Below are positions 9,363 through 17,551 of a stretch of DNA of 28,363 nucleotides, in pieces (the stretch's first letter is position 1; each line of letters starts with the position of its first letter). The position numbers were made by a program, and so were the translations under genes. This DNA comes from Candidatus Thorarchaeota archaeon (GTDB taxonomy: Archaea; Asgardarchaeota; Thorarchaeia; Thorarchaeales; Thorarchaeaceae). The stretch lies in assembly GCA_046482545.1 (NCBI GenBank), contig JAWOEX010000030.1:1-28363 (forward strand), written 5' to 3'. The notes below the pieces were generated by a model. The model was not told the origin of the DNA. It did no database searches and saw only the letters and a list, made by a program, of their open reading frames with translations.

Positions 9363-10508
9363 TCACTCATAACCTATCTCTGGCATTCTCGCTAACCACT
9401 TAAAGAGATAAGCTATGATTACTGAAACGACCAGACCACCTGTAGTAAGTAGGAGCACATCAACCCAAGACGGTGTCACGCCACGGAATATCTGATTCCA
9501 GCTTACATAAGAGCCAGCGAGGGTAGCCCCAGCGAGCATCACTTTGAAGAGGGGAACTTTCACCGTCTTAGTCTGCAGGATTCCTAGTTCAGTCAGAGCA
9601 GCAGCAAGCGCTCCACCCTCATCTGGCTTCAAGTCTAGTTTCTTTGCTAGGGTACCAACTGGAACCTTGGAACCAAAGTCTACAATATCCAGAGCTTGTG
9701 GAGCTTTGTCGCCAACCTTGTCTGCCATTTTCTTTGCTGCATCTCGGGGATGCCATTCGTTGATGATAACTTGCTGAACCCGATCAATTAGCTCTTCCTT
9801 CGATATTTTCTTACTGTCCTTCTTTATTCGTCTCAGCACCACCGGTCTGGGGAAGGATCGAAGTTCATCATCACCATGAGCACTCCGCACTTTCCTAGCT
9901 CCAAGTATTCCCTGTTGGAACTCGTCAAGTGCTAAAAGAATCGAGAAAATGGACATTACTGTGAATCCGGCGGTGAGCAATCCCGCTACAGAGAAGATGG
10001 CTCCAGCTCCAGTAGGACCCAGTCTGACAACAAAGGTCTCAGATACTGTTGTATTCTGGTCGGGAGTATCGAGCAGAGAATATGTGAGATTCAACCTGCC
10101 AGTTAGTGTTCCGCTTACTAGGCTCATGTTGCCAAGCGAAACAAGCGAACTTGTGGGTATGGTTGAATTCATCATGTCAACTTCAGTCCCAGCAGGCACC
10201 ATTGTGTCTATCGTGAAATTCTCTTGGAGTATGCTTATGCCCAGGTAACGTATTGAAAAGAGGCCTGTCTTCAGAGTTAGGTTATCACCCGTTTGTATTC
10301 TGAGAAACATGTTTATGTCCTCATGAGCATCGACAGCGATTGGGTTATCTGCATCAGATTCAGCAGCAGAGACGCCGTTCACGGTAAGCTGAAAGGCCAA
10401 ATTGTCATCTCCACTCCAGCCTCCAGGTTGAGCGGTAGCAGGAGAACAGAGCATCGTAGCAGCCAATATTCCAAGCAGGACCAAAGCAATTCTGGATTTT
10501 GTTAGCAA
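9363..10508 (-). CDS. Hypothetical membrane protein (signal peptide, extracellular domain, TM, cytoplasmic domain, 2 TM)
   Basis: 381-aa ORF with N-terminal signal and hydrophobic segments; GGAGG RBS. Confidence 0.7.
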   Translation of the reverse strand: MLTKSRIALVLLGILAATMLCSPATAQPGGWSGDDNLAFQLTVNGVSAAESDADNPIAVDAHEDINMFLRIQTGDNLTLKTGLFSIRYLGISILQENFTIDTMVPAGTEVDMMNSTIPTSSLVSLGNMSLVSGTLTGRLNLTYSLLDTPDQNTTVSETFVVRLGPTGAGAIFSVAGLLTAGFTVMSIFSILLALDEFQQGILGARKVRSAHGDDELRSFPRPVVLRRIKKDSKKISKEELIDRVQQVIINEWHPRDAAKKMADKVGDKAPQALDIVDFGSKVPVGTLAKKLDLKPDEGGALAAALTELGILQTKTVKVPLFKVMLAGATLAGSYVSWNQIFRGVTPSWVDVLLLTTGGLVVSVIIAYLFKWLARMPEIGYE

Positions 10509-10571
10509 TTCGGTAGTGCCTCCATGTAGGACGTGATTTAGAAAAGAAAGGGGCCCAAATATATGATTTGG

Positions 10572-10943
10572 CTATTCCTTGCGTCTAAAAGCCTCGTCGA
10601 TTTTGCGGTCGAATTCTTCATCATCGTCAGGCTTGAAGATGATGTGAGGCGAAGAACGCTGTCTAATTGGCGTCTGCCAATGCCATACCCCTCCGACAAT
10701 TGTCCCAACTGTAAATGAAGCAATCTGTAAGGGGATTGGTGGCATGCGCATCATGACGTAGCTTCCAAATATGAGCGAGACTATGAAGCCACCAATTAGG
10801 GAGACTAGTCCGCCGAGGGCTATTCGCTCCCATCGGCCAGTATCTTTCAGGGCTCCTATGGCATAGCCACAACCCATTCCTAGAATCATCGATGCTAAGC
10901 TTACTATAGCATCCATGACAGCCATTACCTGCAATTCAAGCAA
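10572..10943 (-). CDS. Small 3-TM hypothetical membrane protein
   Basis: Three hydrophobic helices and an acidic tail; co-oriented with the downstream gene. Confidence 0.65.
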   Translation of the reverse strand: MLELQVMAVMDAIVSLASMILGMGCGYAIGALKDTGRWERIALGGLVSLIGGFIVSLIFGSYVMMRMPPIPLQIASFTVGTIVGGVWHWQTPIRQRSSPHIIFKPDDDEEFDRKIDEAFRRKE

Positions 10944-11142
10944 TCTCCGTCCACGTCTTATCTTGCTATGACCTGTTCCTTACAGCTAAGTAAACTGCCT
11001 AAAACTTCTGTGTTTCGCCCTTTGCCTGTGAGCGTCGTCGCCCTCAAGATACTTCTCAGATCTTGGGCTTTCAAAGACATAATGATATGGTAAGTTCGAT
11101 AAACTTTTCCTTATTCATTCCAAACTAAATAGGGAGCTACAT

Positions 11143-11700
11143 ATGAAATCATCAGAACTTTTACTTGACGTAATCGAAGAACGCCATAGTGGCAGAGCAT
11201 ACTCAAGCAAACCAGTTCCGGAGGACAAGTTGCAATCCATTTTGGAAGCAGGCCGCCGTGCCCCTTCCTGTAGCAACACGCAAGCATGGAATTTCGTCGT
11301 ACTCACCGATGAAAAAGCATTGAATCAAGCCCATGCAGGACTGAGCAGAGGAAACAGTTGGGCCAAAGATGCACCCGTTATGATTATGGTTGCAGCAAAG
11401 GAAGATGGCGGATGCCCAGCGCATGGGTTACCGTATTTCATGATGGATTGTGGATTGGCAATTGAGAATATGTTGCTTCAAGCTGTGCACTTGGGACTCA
11501 TGGGGCATCCAACGGCCGGATGGGATGAAACCAAACTCAAGGAGATTAACGGGGTTCCTGAAGAATATAGAATAACAGCGGTTGTCTTCTTCGGCTATCA
11601 GGAAGACTTGGATAAACTGGATACTGAAACTAGGAAAAAAGAAGAAAGCCGTTCCAACAGACGACCATTATCAGAAATCGTACACCGGAACGGCTGGTAG
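11143..11700 (+). CDS. Nitroreductase family protein
   Basis: RHSGRAY, APSCSNTQAWNF, DCGLAIENMLLQAVHLGL. Confidence 0.92.
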   Translation: MKSSELLLDVIEERHSGRAYSSKPVPEDKLQSILEAGRRAPSCSNTQAWNFVVLTDEKALNQAHAGLSRGNSWAKDAPVMIMVAAKEDGGCPAHGLPYFMMDCGLAIENMLLQAVHLGLMGHPTAGWDETKLKEINGVPEEYRITAVVFFGYQEDLDKLDTETRKKEESRSNRRPLSEIVHRNGW

Positions 11701-11708
11701 AGGAACTT

Positions 11709-11879
11709 CTAGCTCCTCTGCACCATCATAGTTTCTCCACAGTGTTGAGGGATTGCCTGTTCACCGCAGGTTGATCCCATCCAGCAGACCAGTTGGTCGC
11801 CTTCCTTGTGCATCTCCTTGCCGCAATGCACCGGTACGTCAAGCTCTTCTCCACAGATTTTACAAACGAGTTTAGCCAT
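11709..11879 (-). CDS. 56-aa Cys/His metal-binding protein with an internal duplication (not in ORF track)
   Basis: Own translation: MAKLVCKICGEELDVPVHCGKEMHKEGDQLVCWMGSTCGEQAIPQHCGETMMVQRS*. ATG at 11879, TAG at 11709-11711; two LVC..CG....P.HCG..M units. Confidence 0.8.
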   Translation of the reverse strand: MAKLVCKICGEELDVPVHCGKEMHKEGDQLVCWMGSTCGEQAIPQHCGETMMVQRS

Positions 11880-11977
11880 ATTTGATTACACCATACCCTT
11901 TTCACTATTGTTAATAATTATCCGTATTAGGACTTTATGGCTGGTGCAAATTTCGACAGTTCTTGGGTACTATTCGT

Positions 11978-13249
11978 TTAGTCTCGCATGTCAGAGGGAT
12001 AGTACTTTTGTGGGTCCTCGCTGAAGACTTTCTCCTCTTCTTTGTGAGCCCCAGGTGTATCTAGTTCTATATTTCGTTTCTTTGAAGCGTCCTCAGAAAG
12101 TATCTCCTTGACGACTTCGTTCTGAATTATGAGTCGCTGAACCTCGTTGCTACCGGTCCAAATCGTGGCTAGACGAGCATCCCGAAAGAGGCGTTCAATC
12201 GGATACACATCTGTATAACCGATACCTCCGAGAATCTGCATTGACTCATCAACTGTTTCTAAACCAGCTTCGGTGGCGAACGTTTTTGCCATGGAAACTT
12301 CCTTCCTACACCATTGACCAGTATCTGCCACCTTTCCAGCACGGTAAACCATTCCCCGGGCCGCATCCAACTTTGTAGCGCAATCTGCAATCTTGAAGGA
12401 TATACCTTCGAATTTCCTCAGTGATCGTCCAAAAGCCTCTCGCTTGTCTGCGTACCGTACTGCTATCTCTAAGGCTGCACGACCCATGCCGATTGGACCG
12501 GCTGCGGATGTTAACCGTTCAGGAACCATCATGGCGTTGAACACAGCAGCCCCATCGTGTAGTTCACCAACAAGGTTCTTTTCTGGAATCTGAACATCGC
12601 GCATGGTAATTCGTGCTGCACCCATGCCTCTGCAGCCCATAAGCTCATATTCCTCGTTGACTTGAATTCCAGAGTCTCGTTCGACAATGAACGCACTAAG
12701 TGACTTGTGAGGGGGCCCCTCGAAATCCGTCTTCGCATAAATCAAGAAATAGTCGGCTCCGACACCGCCTGCAACGAATCTCTTTTCTCCATTCAGTAAG
12801 AAACCTTCTTCATTTTTTACTGCAGTAGTTATTGTACCAAAAAAGTCAGAACCGCTACGAGGCTCGGTAAGGCCTTCTGCGCAAATCTTCTCACTGCGGA
12901 GAGTCGGGGCGAGATATTCTTCTTTCTGAGATTTGGTACCGAACTTATCCAGAGATTCGCCTACAATCGAAGGGAGAGAATATGCACATCCCAAAGCAAT
13001 CCCAAGAACTCCTATCTCTTCCAATGCAACAAGCTCGCTTATCCAGCCAAGTCCCCTTCCGCCATATTCCTCCGGAAATCTCAAACCAAGCAAGTTCGCC
13101 TTGCCACATTCCTTGATGAATTTGTATGGATACTCTTTCTCCTTTGAGTCCATAGCGAGAATAAGTGACCTGTCTACATTATCCCGAACAAATTCCCGTA
13201 CTTCGTCTCTTACTGCTTTCTCTTCTTCCGTGAGTACAACATCAAACAA
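11978..13249 (-). CDS. Acyl-CoA dehydrogenase
   Basis: AEGLTEPRSGSD, LNGEKRF, MQILGGIGY, IWTGSNEVQR. Confidence 0.93.
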   Translation of the reverse strand: MFDVVLTEEEKAVRDEVREFVRDNVDRSLILAMDSKEKEYPYKFIKECGKANLLGLRFPEEYGGRGLGWISELVALEEIGVLGIALGCAYSLPSIVGESLDKFGTKSQKEEYLAPTLRSEKICAEGLTEPRSGSDFFGTITTAVKNEEGFLLNGEKRFVAGGVGADYFLIYAKTDFEGPPHKSLSAFIVERDSGIQVNEEYELMGCRGMGAARITMRDVQIPEKNLVGELHDGAAVFNAMMVPERLTSAAGPIGMGRAALEIAVRYADKREAFGRSLRKFEGISFKIADCATKLDAARGMVYRAGKVADTGQWCRKEVSMAKTFATEAGLETVDESMQILGGIGYTDVYPIERLFRDARLATIWTGSNEVQRLIIQNEVVKEILSEDASKKRNIELDTPGAHKEEEKVFSEDPQKYYPSDMRD

Positions 13250-13275
13250 CTAACTCAACCTCGCAACCTGAGATG

Positions 13276-13626
13276 TTATTCACCGTCCAATAAAGCCTTG
13301 AGGGTTGACTCTGATCCAGCGCGTGACTCGACCGAAATTGCATCTACATCACATACCATCTCACAAGCAAGGCAATCAATACATTCAGATTGTCTCGTTG
13401 GGAGAATTACGTTCCGGCCTTCAGAGTCAGTATAACGTTCAAAGACATCCGTAGGACATACATCAAGACACTTCAAACAGAATGTACAAGAATCTAGATG
13501 AACTCCCACTCTGGTTCCGTGAATTACACTTTCGTCTTCTGGGCTTCGCCAGATTTCACAAGTGTCATCACGGTCTACAATACGCCACGTTTCACGGTAG
13601 TTAGGATCTATCGGCATGGGCATCAT
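13276..13626 (-). CDS. 2x[4Fe-4S] ferredoxin-like protein
   Basis: CTFCLKCLDVCP and CIDCLACEMVC. Confidence 0.85.
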   Translation of the reverse strand: MMPMPIDPNYRETWRIVDRDDTCEIWRSPEDESVIHGTRVGVHLDSCTFCLKCLDVCPTDVFERYTDSEGRNVILPTRQSECIDCLACEMVCDVDAISVESRAGSESTLKALLDGE

Positions 13627-13635
13627 AAGCCACTG

Positions 13636-14064
13636 TTAACTGAAATCACCAAGCCTGTTTTCGCCTGTGATTGATTGAAGAGGGGTTAAGTTGAGTGTGG
13701 CCTCCAATGTTCCCAAATACTTGCCTTCATCATCCCGAATGGCAAAATATCGAATCAATAGCTTTCGAGGTTTGTCATCCTCTGGAAGGTCAATCCAGAA
13801 ATCCACATGGTCGCGTTCACCACTCCTCAGGCCCTCAATGACCTTTAACACTTTATCTAGGCTTTTTTCAGGGTGGCAATTTCGCACATTTCTTCCGAGT
13901 ACGCCGTATGGCCTGCGAAAGATTCGGGATTCATGCTGGTTCCAGAAAAGTACTTCATCATTGGCATCGATTATAGAGAACTCCATGGGAAAAGCATCGA
14001 GTGCATGCTTCAGAAAACTAGCCGACATTTCTTTGAGGACATCTTTGAGGGGATCCTCACTCAT
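13636..14064 (-). CDS. Stand-alone PAS domain protein (PAS_10/DUF438-type)
   Basis: IFRRP..VLGRNVRNCHPEKS and YFAIRD.EGKYLGTLE. Likely start MSEDP at 14064. Confidence 0.85.
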   Translation of the reverse strand: MSEDPLKDVLKEMSASFLKHALDAFPMEFSIIDANDEVLFWNQHESRIFRRPYGVLGRNVRNCHPEKSLDKVLKVIEGLRSGERDHVDFWIDLPEDDKPRKLLIRYFAIRDDEGKYLGTLEATLNLTPLQSITGENRLGDFS

Positions 14065-14270
14065 TACTGCTTCATCTCCGTAATTCATACTTAAGGTAAC
14101 TGGATTCATCTCGATATGAGGGTTATGCTTGGATTAAGAACAGAAAAAACATATCAGACTTTCACAGGGAATAGTGGAGGGGTTACATTTTAAGTAATAG
14201 TGCCAATGAAACAGTAACGCCATAGTAGAAAACCCCATAGTATCCAATTGGGTTGGGAGGTCACCAAGTC

Positions 14271-14753
14271 TTGGCTGACATGTTCATTGCCTATACCACA
14301 GCAGCTGGCATCGAAAGGAAGGCGGAATTTGACACTGAAGAACAGATAATCAATCTAGACCTCCGAGATATCGCCACGGTGGATTTGTTGCCACTAGTAT
14401 GGGCTGAAGACTTGGAAGTACTGTGTCTTCGTCACAACAGAATAGATGAGCTGGATTTGACGCCATTGAGTAAGTGCAAAAACTTGGAGATGTTGAGTCT
14501 GACCGATAACTGCCTCAAGAGTATCAACTTATCCCCCTTAAGCGATTGCCCAAATCTGATAGAGCTTGCGTTGAACATGAATCCACTCGAAAGCATTGAT
14601 ATTTCGCCACTATTCGAATGTGCGAAGCTGGACGATCTTAAAGTCGATGATGATGTGTCATTGAAGGCTGACCTCTTCCTGCGCTCGATTGGTAATTGGC
14701 CGCAGGTCCTTATCGATTTGTATCCGAGAATTCTTTGGAAGACATCAGGATAA
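14271..14753 (+). CDS. Leucine-rich repeat protein
   Basis: Three to four LxxLxLxxNxLxxIDLxPL repeats; TTG start after GGAGG. Confidence 0.85.
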   Translation: MADMFIAYTTAAGIERKAEFDTEEQIINLDLRDIATVDLLPLVWAEDLEVLCLRHNRIDELDLTPLSKCKNLEMLSLTDNCLKSINLSPLSDCPNLIELALNMNPLESIDISPLFECAKLDDLKVDDDVSLKADLFLRSIGNWPQVLIDLYPRILWKTSG

Positions 14754-14863
14754 ACAATTCTTGGTTCACTGTGCTTCATCGACTTACTACTCAATTTCCA
14801 AGAACAATTGATTAATCAGTATATTGGGGGGAAAAAGGCTGAATCAATGACGAGGTCTATCAC

Positions 14864-16210
14864 GTGTATGTTGACAAACAGCTATGCAAACCAGAAAGGT
14901 GTGATTTAGCCTGCGCAGATACCTGTACACAGATTCACGGGGATAAAGCCCCTCTGATTCTTGATGAGAACACAGGTTACCCGGTCATTGATGAAGAGAA
15001 CTGCACCTATTGTTTGAGTTGTGTACGTGCATGCCCCACTGATGCCCTCACACCTGTCTCAGATCGATACAAGAAAAGGAAAGCCGAAGATGATGCTATG
15101 AAGTCTGAGCGAAGGAAACCACCCTATCGCGTTTCTGACGAATACACTCCATTTCCGGAAGGCCAGAACATATTCGCACGTGTACTCAATGACGAATCCT
15201 TCAGTTGTTACAGGCAGAGTGTCTACTCGAATGCCCATCAGATGATATCAAAAGACCTGCCGGGATATTCAAGGATAGAACATGAGCTAGTCATGGCTGC
15301 TTGGAAGCTCTATGATAACAGACACAAAATCACCCCAGCGACGATTCAGATGTCCAAAGAAGGGCAGCAGATAGATGGTGAGTGGAGCTGCATCACCCGC
15401 TTTATCAAGAAGGCTGCGAAATTTTTCGGAGCAGATCTAGTAGGTGTTGCAGAACTCGACAGAAAATGGCTGTATAGCACAAACAGAAAGGGAGAAGATT
15501 ATGACATCCCTGAAGAGTACGATAGGGCAATAGTGATGGCAATTGAGATGGATTATGAAAGCATCAATACTTCTCCTGCAATGCCGTGTTCAGCCGCCTC
15601 TGTTCTAGGTTACTCCAAGATGGCCTTTGTTGAAATCATGCTCTCCGCATTCATCAAGCGATTAGGGTATAGTGCTATTCCCTGTGGAAATGATGTTGGA
15701 TTGAGCGTCCCTTTAGCTATTGACACAGGACTGGGGCAGTATGGTCGGCATGGTTTACTAATCACAGAAGAATACGGTCCACGGGTCAGGCTCTGCAAGG
15801 TTTTGACGGATATGCCGCTGCATACAGACCAGCCGGATTATCCATTCTGTGAGTCCGTAATCCGCTTCTGTGAGGTTTGTGAAAAATGCGCTGAACATTG
15901 TCCGTCTCAATCGATTCCGTATGGTAAGGAAAGAACATGGGAAGGCGAGACATGCTCTAACAATCCGGGTGTATTCAAGTGGTATGTAGATGTCGAAAGC
16001 TGCTACGAGTTTTGGATTGAGAATGGTGGTGATTGCTCCAATTGCATCCGCTCCTGCCCGTACAACAGGGAACCGGGATTACAGCTGCGAATAATACACT
16101 GGGTGGCGAAGCACATCCCCCAGCTCAGCGGTTTTCTAGTCAGGCTAGATAATTTACTTGGTCATGGCATGCAGCAGGAGCCTGAGAAAGCGTGGCAGCA
16201 ATATGAATAG
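14864..16210 (+). CDS. Reductive-dehalogenase (RdhA)-like cobalamin/Fe-S protein with an N-terminal ferredoxin domain
   Basis: KFFGADLVGV, GLGQYGRHGLLITEEYGPRVRL, FCEVCEKCAEHCP, WYVDVESCY, CSNCIRSCP. N-terminal CKPERC..C...C and CTYCLSCVRACP. No TAT RRxFLK motif. Confidence 0.8.
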   Translation: MYVDKQLCKPERCDLACADTCTQIHGDKAPLILDENTGYPVIDEENCTYCLSCVRACPTDALTPVSDRYKKRKAEDDAMKSERRKPPYRVSDEYTPFPEGQNIFARVLNDESFSCYRQSVYSNAHQMISKDLPGYSRIEHELVMAAWKLYDNRHKITPATIQMSKEGQQIDGEWSCITRFIKKAAKFFGADLVGVAELDRKWLYSTNRKGEDYDIPEEYDRAIVMAIEMDYESINTSPAMPCSAASVLGYSKMAFVEIMLSAFIKRLGYSAIPCGNDVGLSVPLAIDTGLGQYGRHGLLITEEYGPRVRLCKVLTDMPLHTDQPDYPFCESVIRFCEVCEKCAEHCPSQSIPYGKERTWEGETCSNNPGVFKWYVDVESCYEFWIENGGDCSNCIRSCPYNREPGLQLRIIHWVAKHIPQLSGFLVRLDNLLGHGMQQEPEKAWQQYE

Positions 16211-16248
16211 CGCATGCCCGGGCCGAATTTAGGCTGATGTTTAGCGGT

Positions 16249-17287
16249 TCATTTCATGGAGGTAATCAAACCTTCAAGTTTTTCTCTATCAAAATTCCGC
16301 TTGAAAAGAGGACGATTGTTCGAGTCATATACTCCAGAAGCCTCTGAAAAGCTCGGTTTTGACGTATCTTGATAAAAGACACCAAGAGCTAATTTGCTCA
16401 TGTTGTTTACCTTCTCCTCTTCAACTTCAAAAAGCGCTGATAGAAAACCAACTGCAACTGTATTGGAGTAAATCTTTGCGCTTACTTCATTGGCGATATC
16501 AGTAAATGGGACCTTGAGAATTCGGTCTGTAGGAATCTCCATATCCGGGGTGATGTTCTCTTCTTCACCAACTACGAGTGTGGACTTGTTGAGTCTATCG
16601 TATCTCTTCAGATGGGGAAGTGCACGCTCATTCAGGGAAAATACAATATCTGATTGCTCCGAATACGAGGAAATGTTTCCCTGTCCTACACGAATCTGGG
16701 TTGAATTCTTTCCACCACGAATCTGTGACATAAATTCTCTTGTGGAATACACGTTGTAACCAGAACGTTTCAAGAATAGGCAAGTGGGCTAGTGCTGTGC
16801 ATGACGCCCACGGCCGAAAGCTGTGAGGAAACCTCTTCCTTCTAAGCAGAAGTCCTCACTCTCCGAACAAGGAACTTCATCAGGTTCCGGAGAGTCCGCA
16901 ACTGTTCACCATGTCCGTAATGGACCTCCTCAGTTACGGCGACAATGCTGAGATGGGTGATCATGACCACGCCGTGGTAAGAACTGTGGAAAACCTCGCT
17001 GTCGCCGGGAGTGATGACCCGGGAACACGACAGGAGGAAGCCAGGACCGCAGGAGGAACCCTGTTCCGATGAACGCGGACAAAACCCCTGCTGACTCAAG
17101 GGCCTACGGGTACCGTGGGGGTGGTAACGCTGGCAGGGGAAGGGTGGAACACAGAAGTTTCATACAGTTGCTAAAACTGTAAGAAATAGGTTATCAAGGC
17201 AGATACGAGAAAATCTTCAACAGTTGCTATTCCTTGACCCTCTGCACCAGATAGAACAATGGAGACTCCCTTCTTCAAATTGACCAC
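16249..17287 (-). pseudogene. 2-oxoacid:acceptor oxidoreductase remnant (korA 5' part fused to a korB-like 3' end), interrupted by the 424-bp element
   Basis: VSIVLSGAEGQGIATVEDFLVSAL (ending at 17195) continues after the insert as KRSGYNVYSTREFMSQIRGGKNSTQIRV. The ORF then ends after ~150 aa of KorA with LGVFYQDTSKPSF..PLFKR, resembling KorB C-termini. Confidence 0.8.
16775..17198 (+). mobile_element. Copy 2 (complete, 424 bp) of the structured RNA-like element, inserted in korA
   Basis: Flanked by TCAAG at 16770-16774 and 17194-17198. Deleting 424 bp gives TCT GCC TTG AAA CGT (S-A-L-K-R) in frame on the minus strand. Homologous to copies 1 and 3; no intact ORF. Confidence 0.88.
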
Positions 17288-17551
17288 GTCTATATGAGCA
17301 ATCCAATTCTCTTTCATGCTCCTAAGACTAGTGAAAACATGAGCTTGCAAATGATACCAACTTGTTGTATGCTCATGGTAGAAAATTACGTGTGTTGCCA
17401 TCTATCTCTAGGCCTGCGTTCCGTCCAATTTCTGAGAATAATAATCTAATCTCTTTAGGTTAGTCTGTCATTGACACCGGCATAGACTTCAAGTATGATT
17501 GTTCTGCTTCACGCACATAGTATACCATCACACAATAATGGGGTCATATGC

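Noticed and set aside
16820-16860. TGAGGAAA/GAGGAAGTCC resembling the RNase P RNA P4 motif
   Set aside because: No matching 3' P4 strand is apparent, and the sequence is multi-copy and inserted within a gene, unlike single-copy rnpB.
16847-16909. GAAG-hairpin-TTCAC resembling an IS605 right end
   Set aside because: Homology between copies continues for ~290 bp beyond TTCAC and the insertion boundary is at 17198, so this is internal; TGTTCACC is better explained by pairing with GGTGGAACA.
17047-17082. H/ACA guide RNA (K-turn hairpin followed by ACA)
   Set aside because: ACA is absent in copy 1 and there is no pseudouridylation pocket.
16842-17099. Short ORFs over the element copies (99-281, 16842-17099, 25016-25249, 25243-25491, 25255-25479)
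   Set aside because: Frames are not preserved between copies (indels and stops), so these are not supported as expressed proteins.
16775-17198. Self-splicing intron or IStron in korA
   Set aside because: The K-turn and G-U pairs indicate the + strand, antisense to korA. No group I or II core motifs were recognised, and the host gene is decayed.
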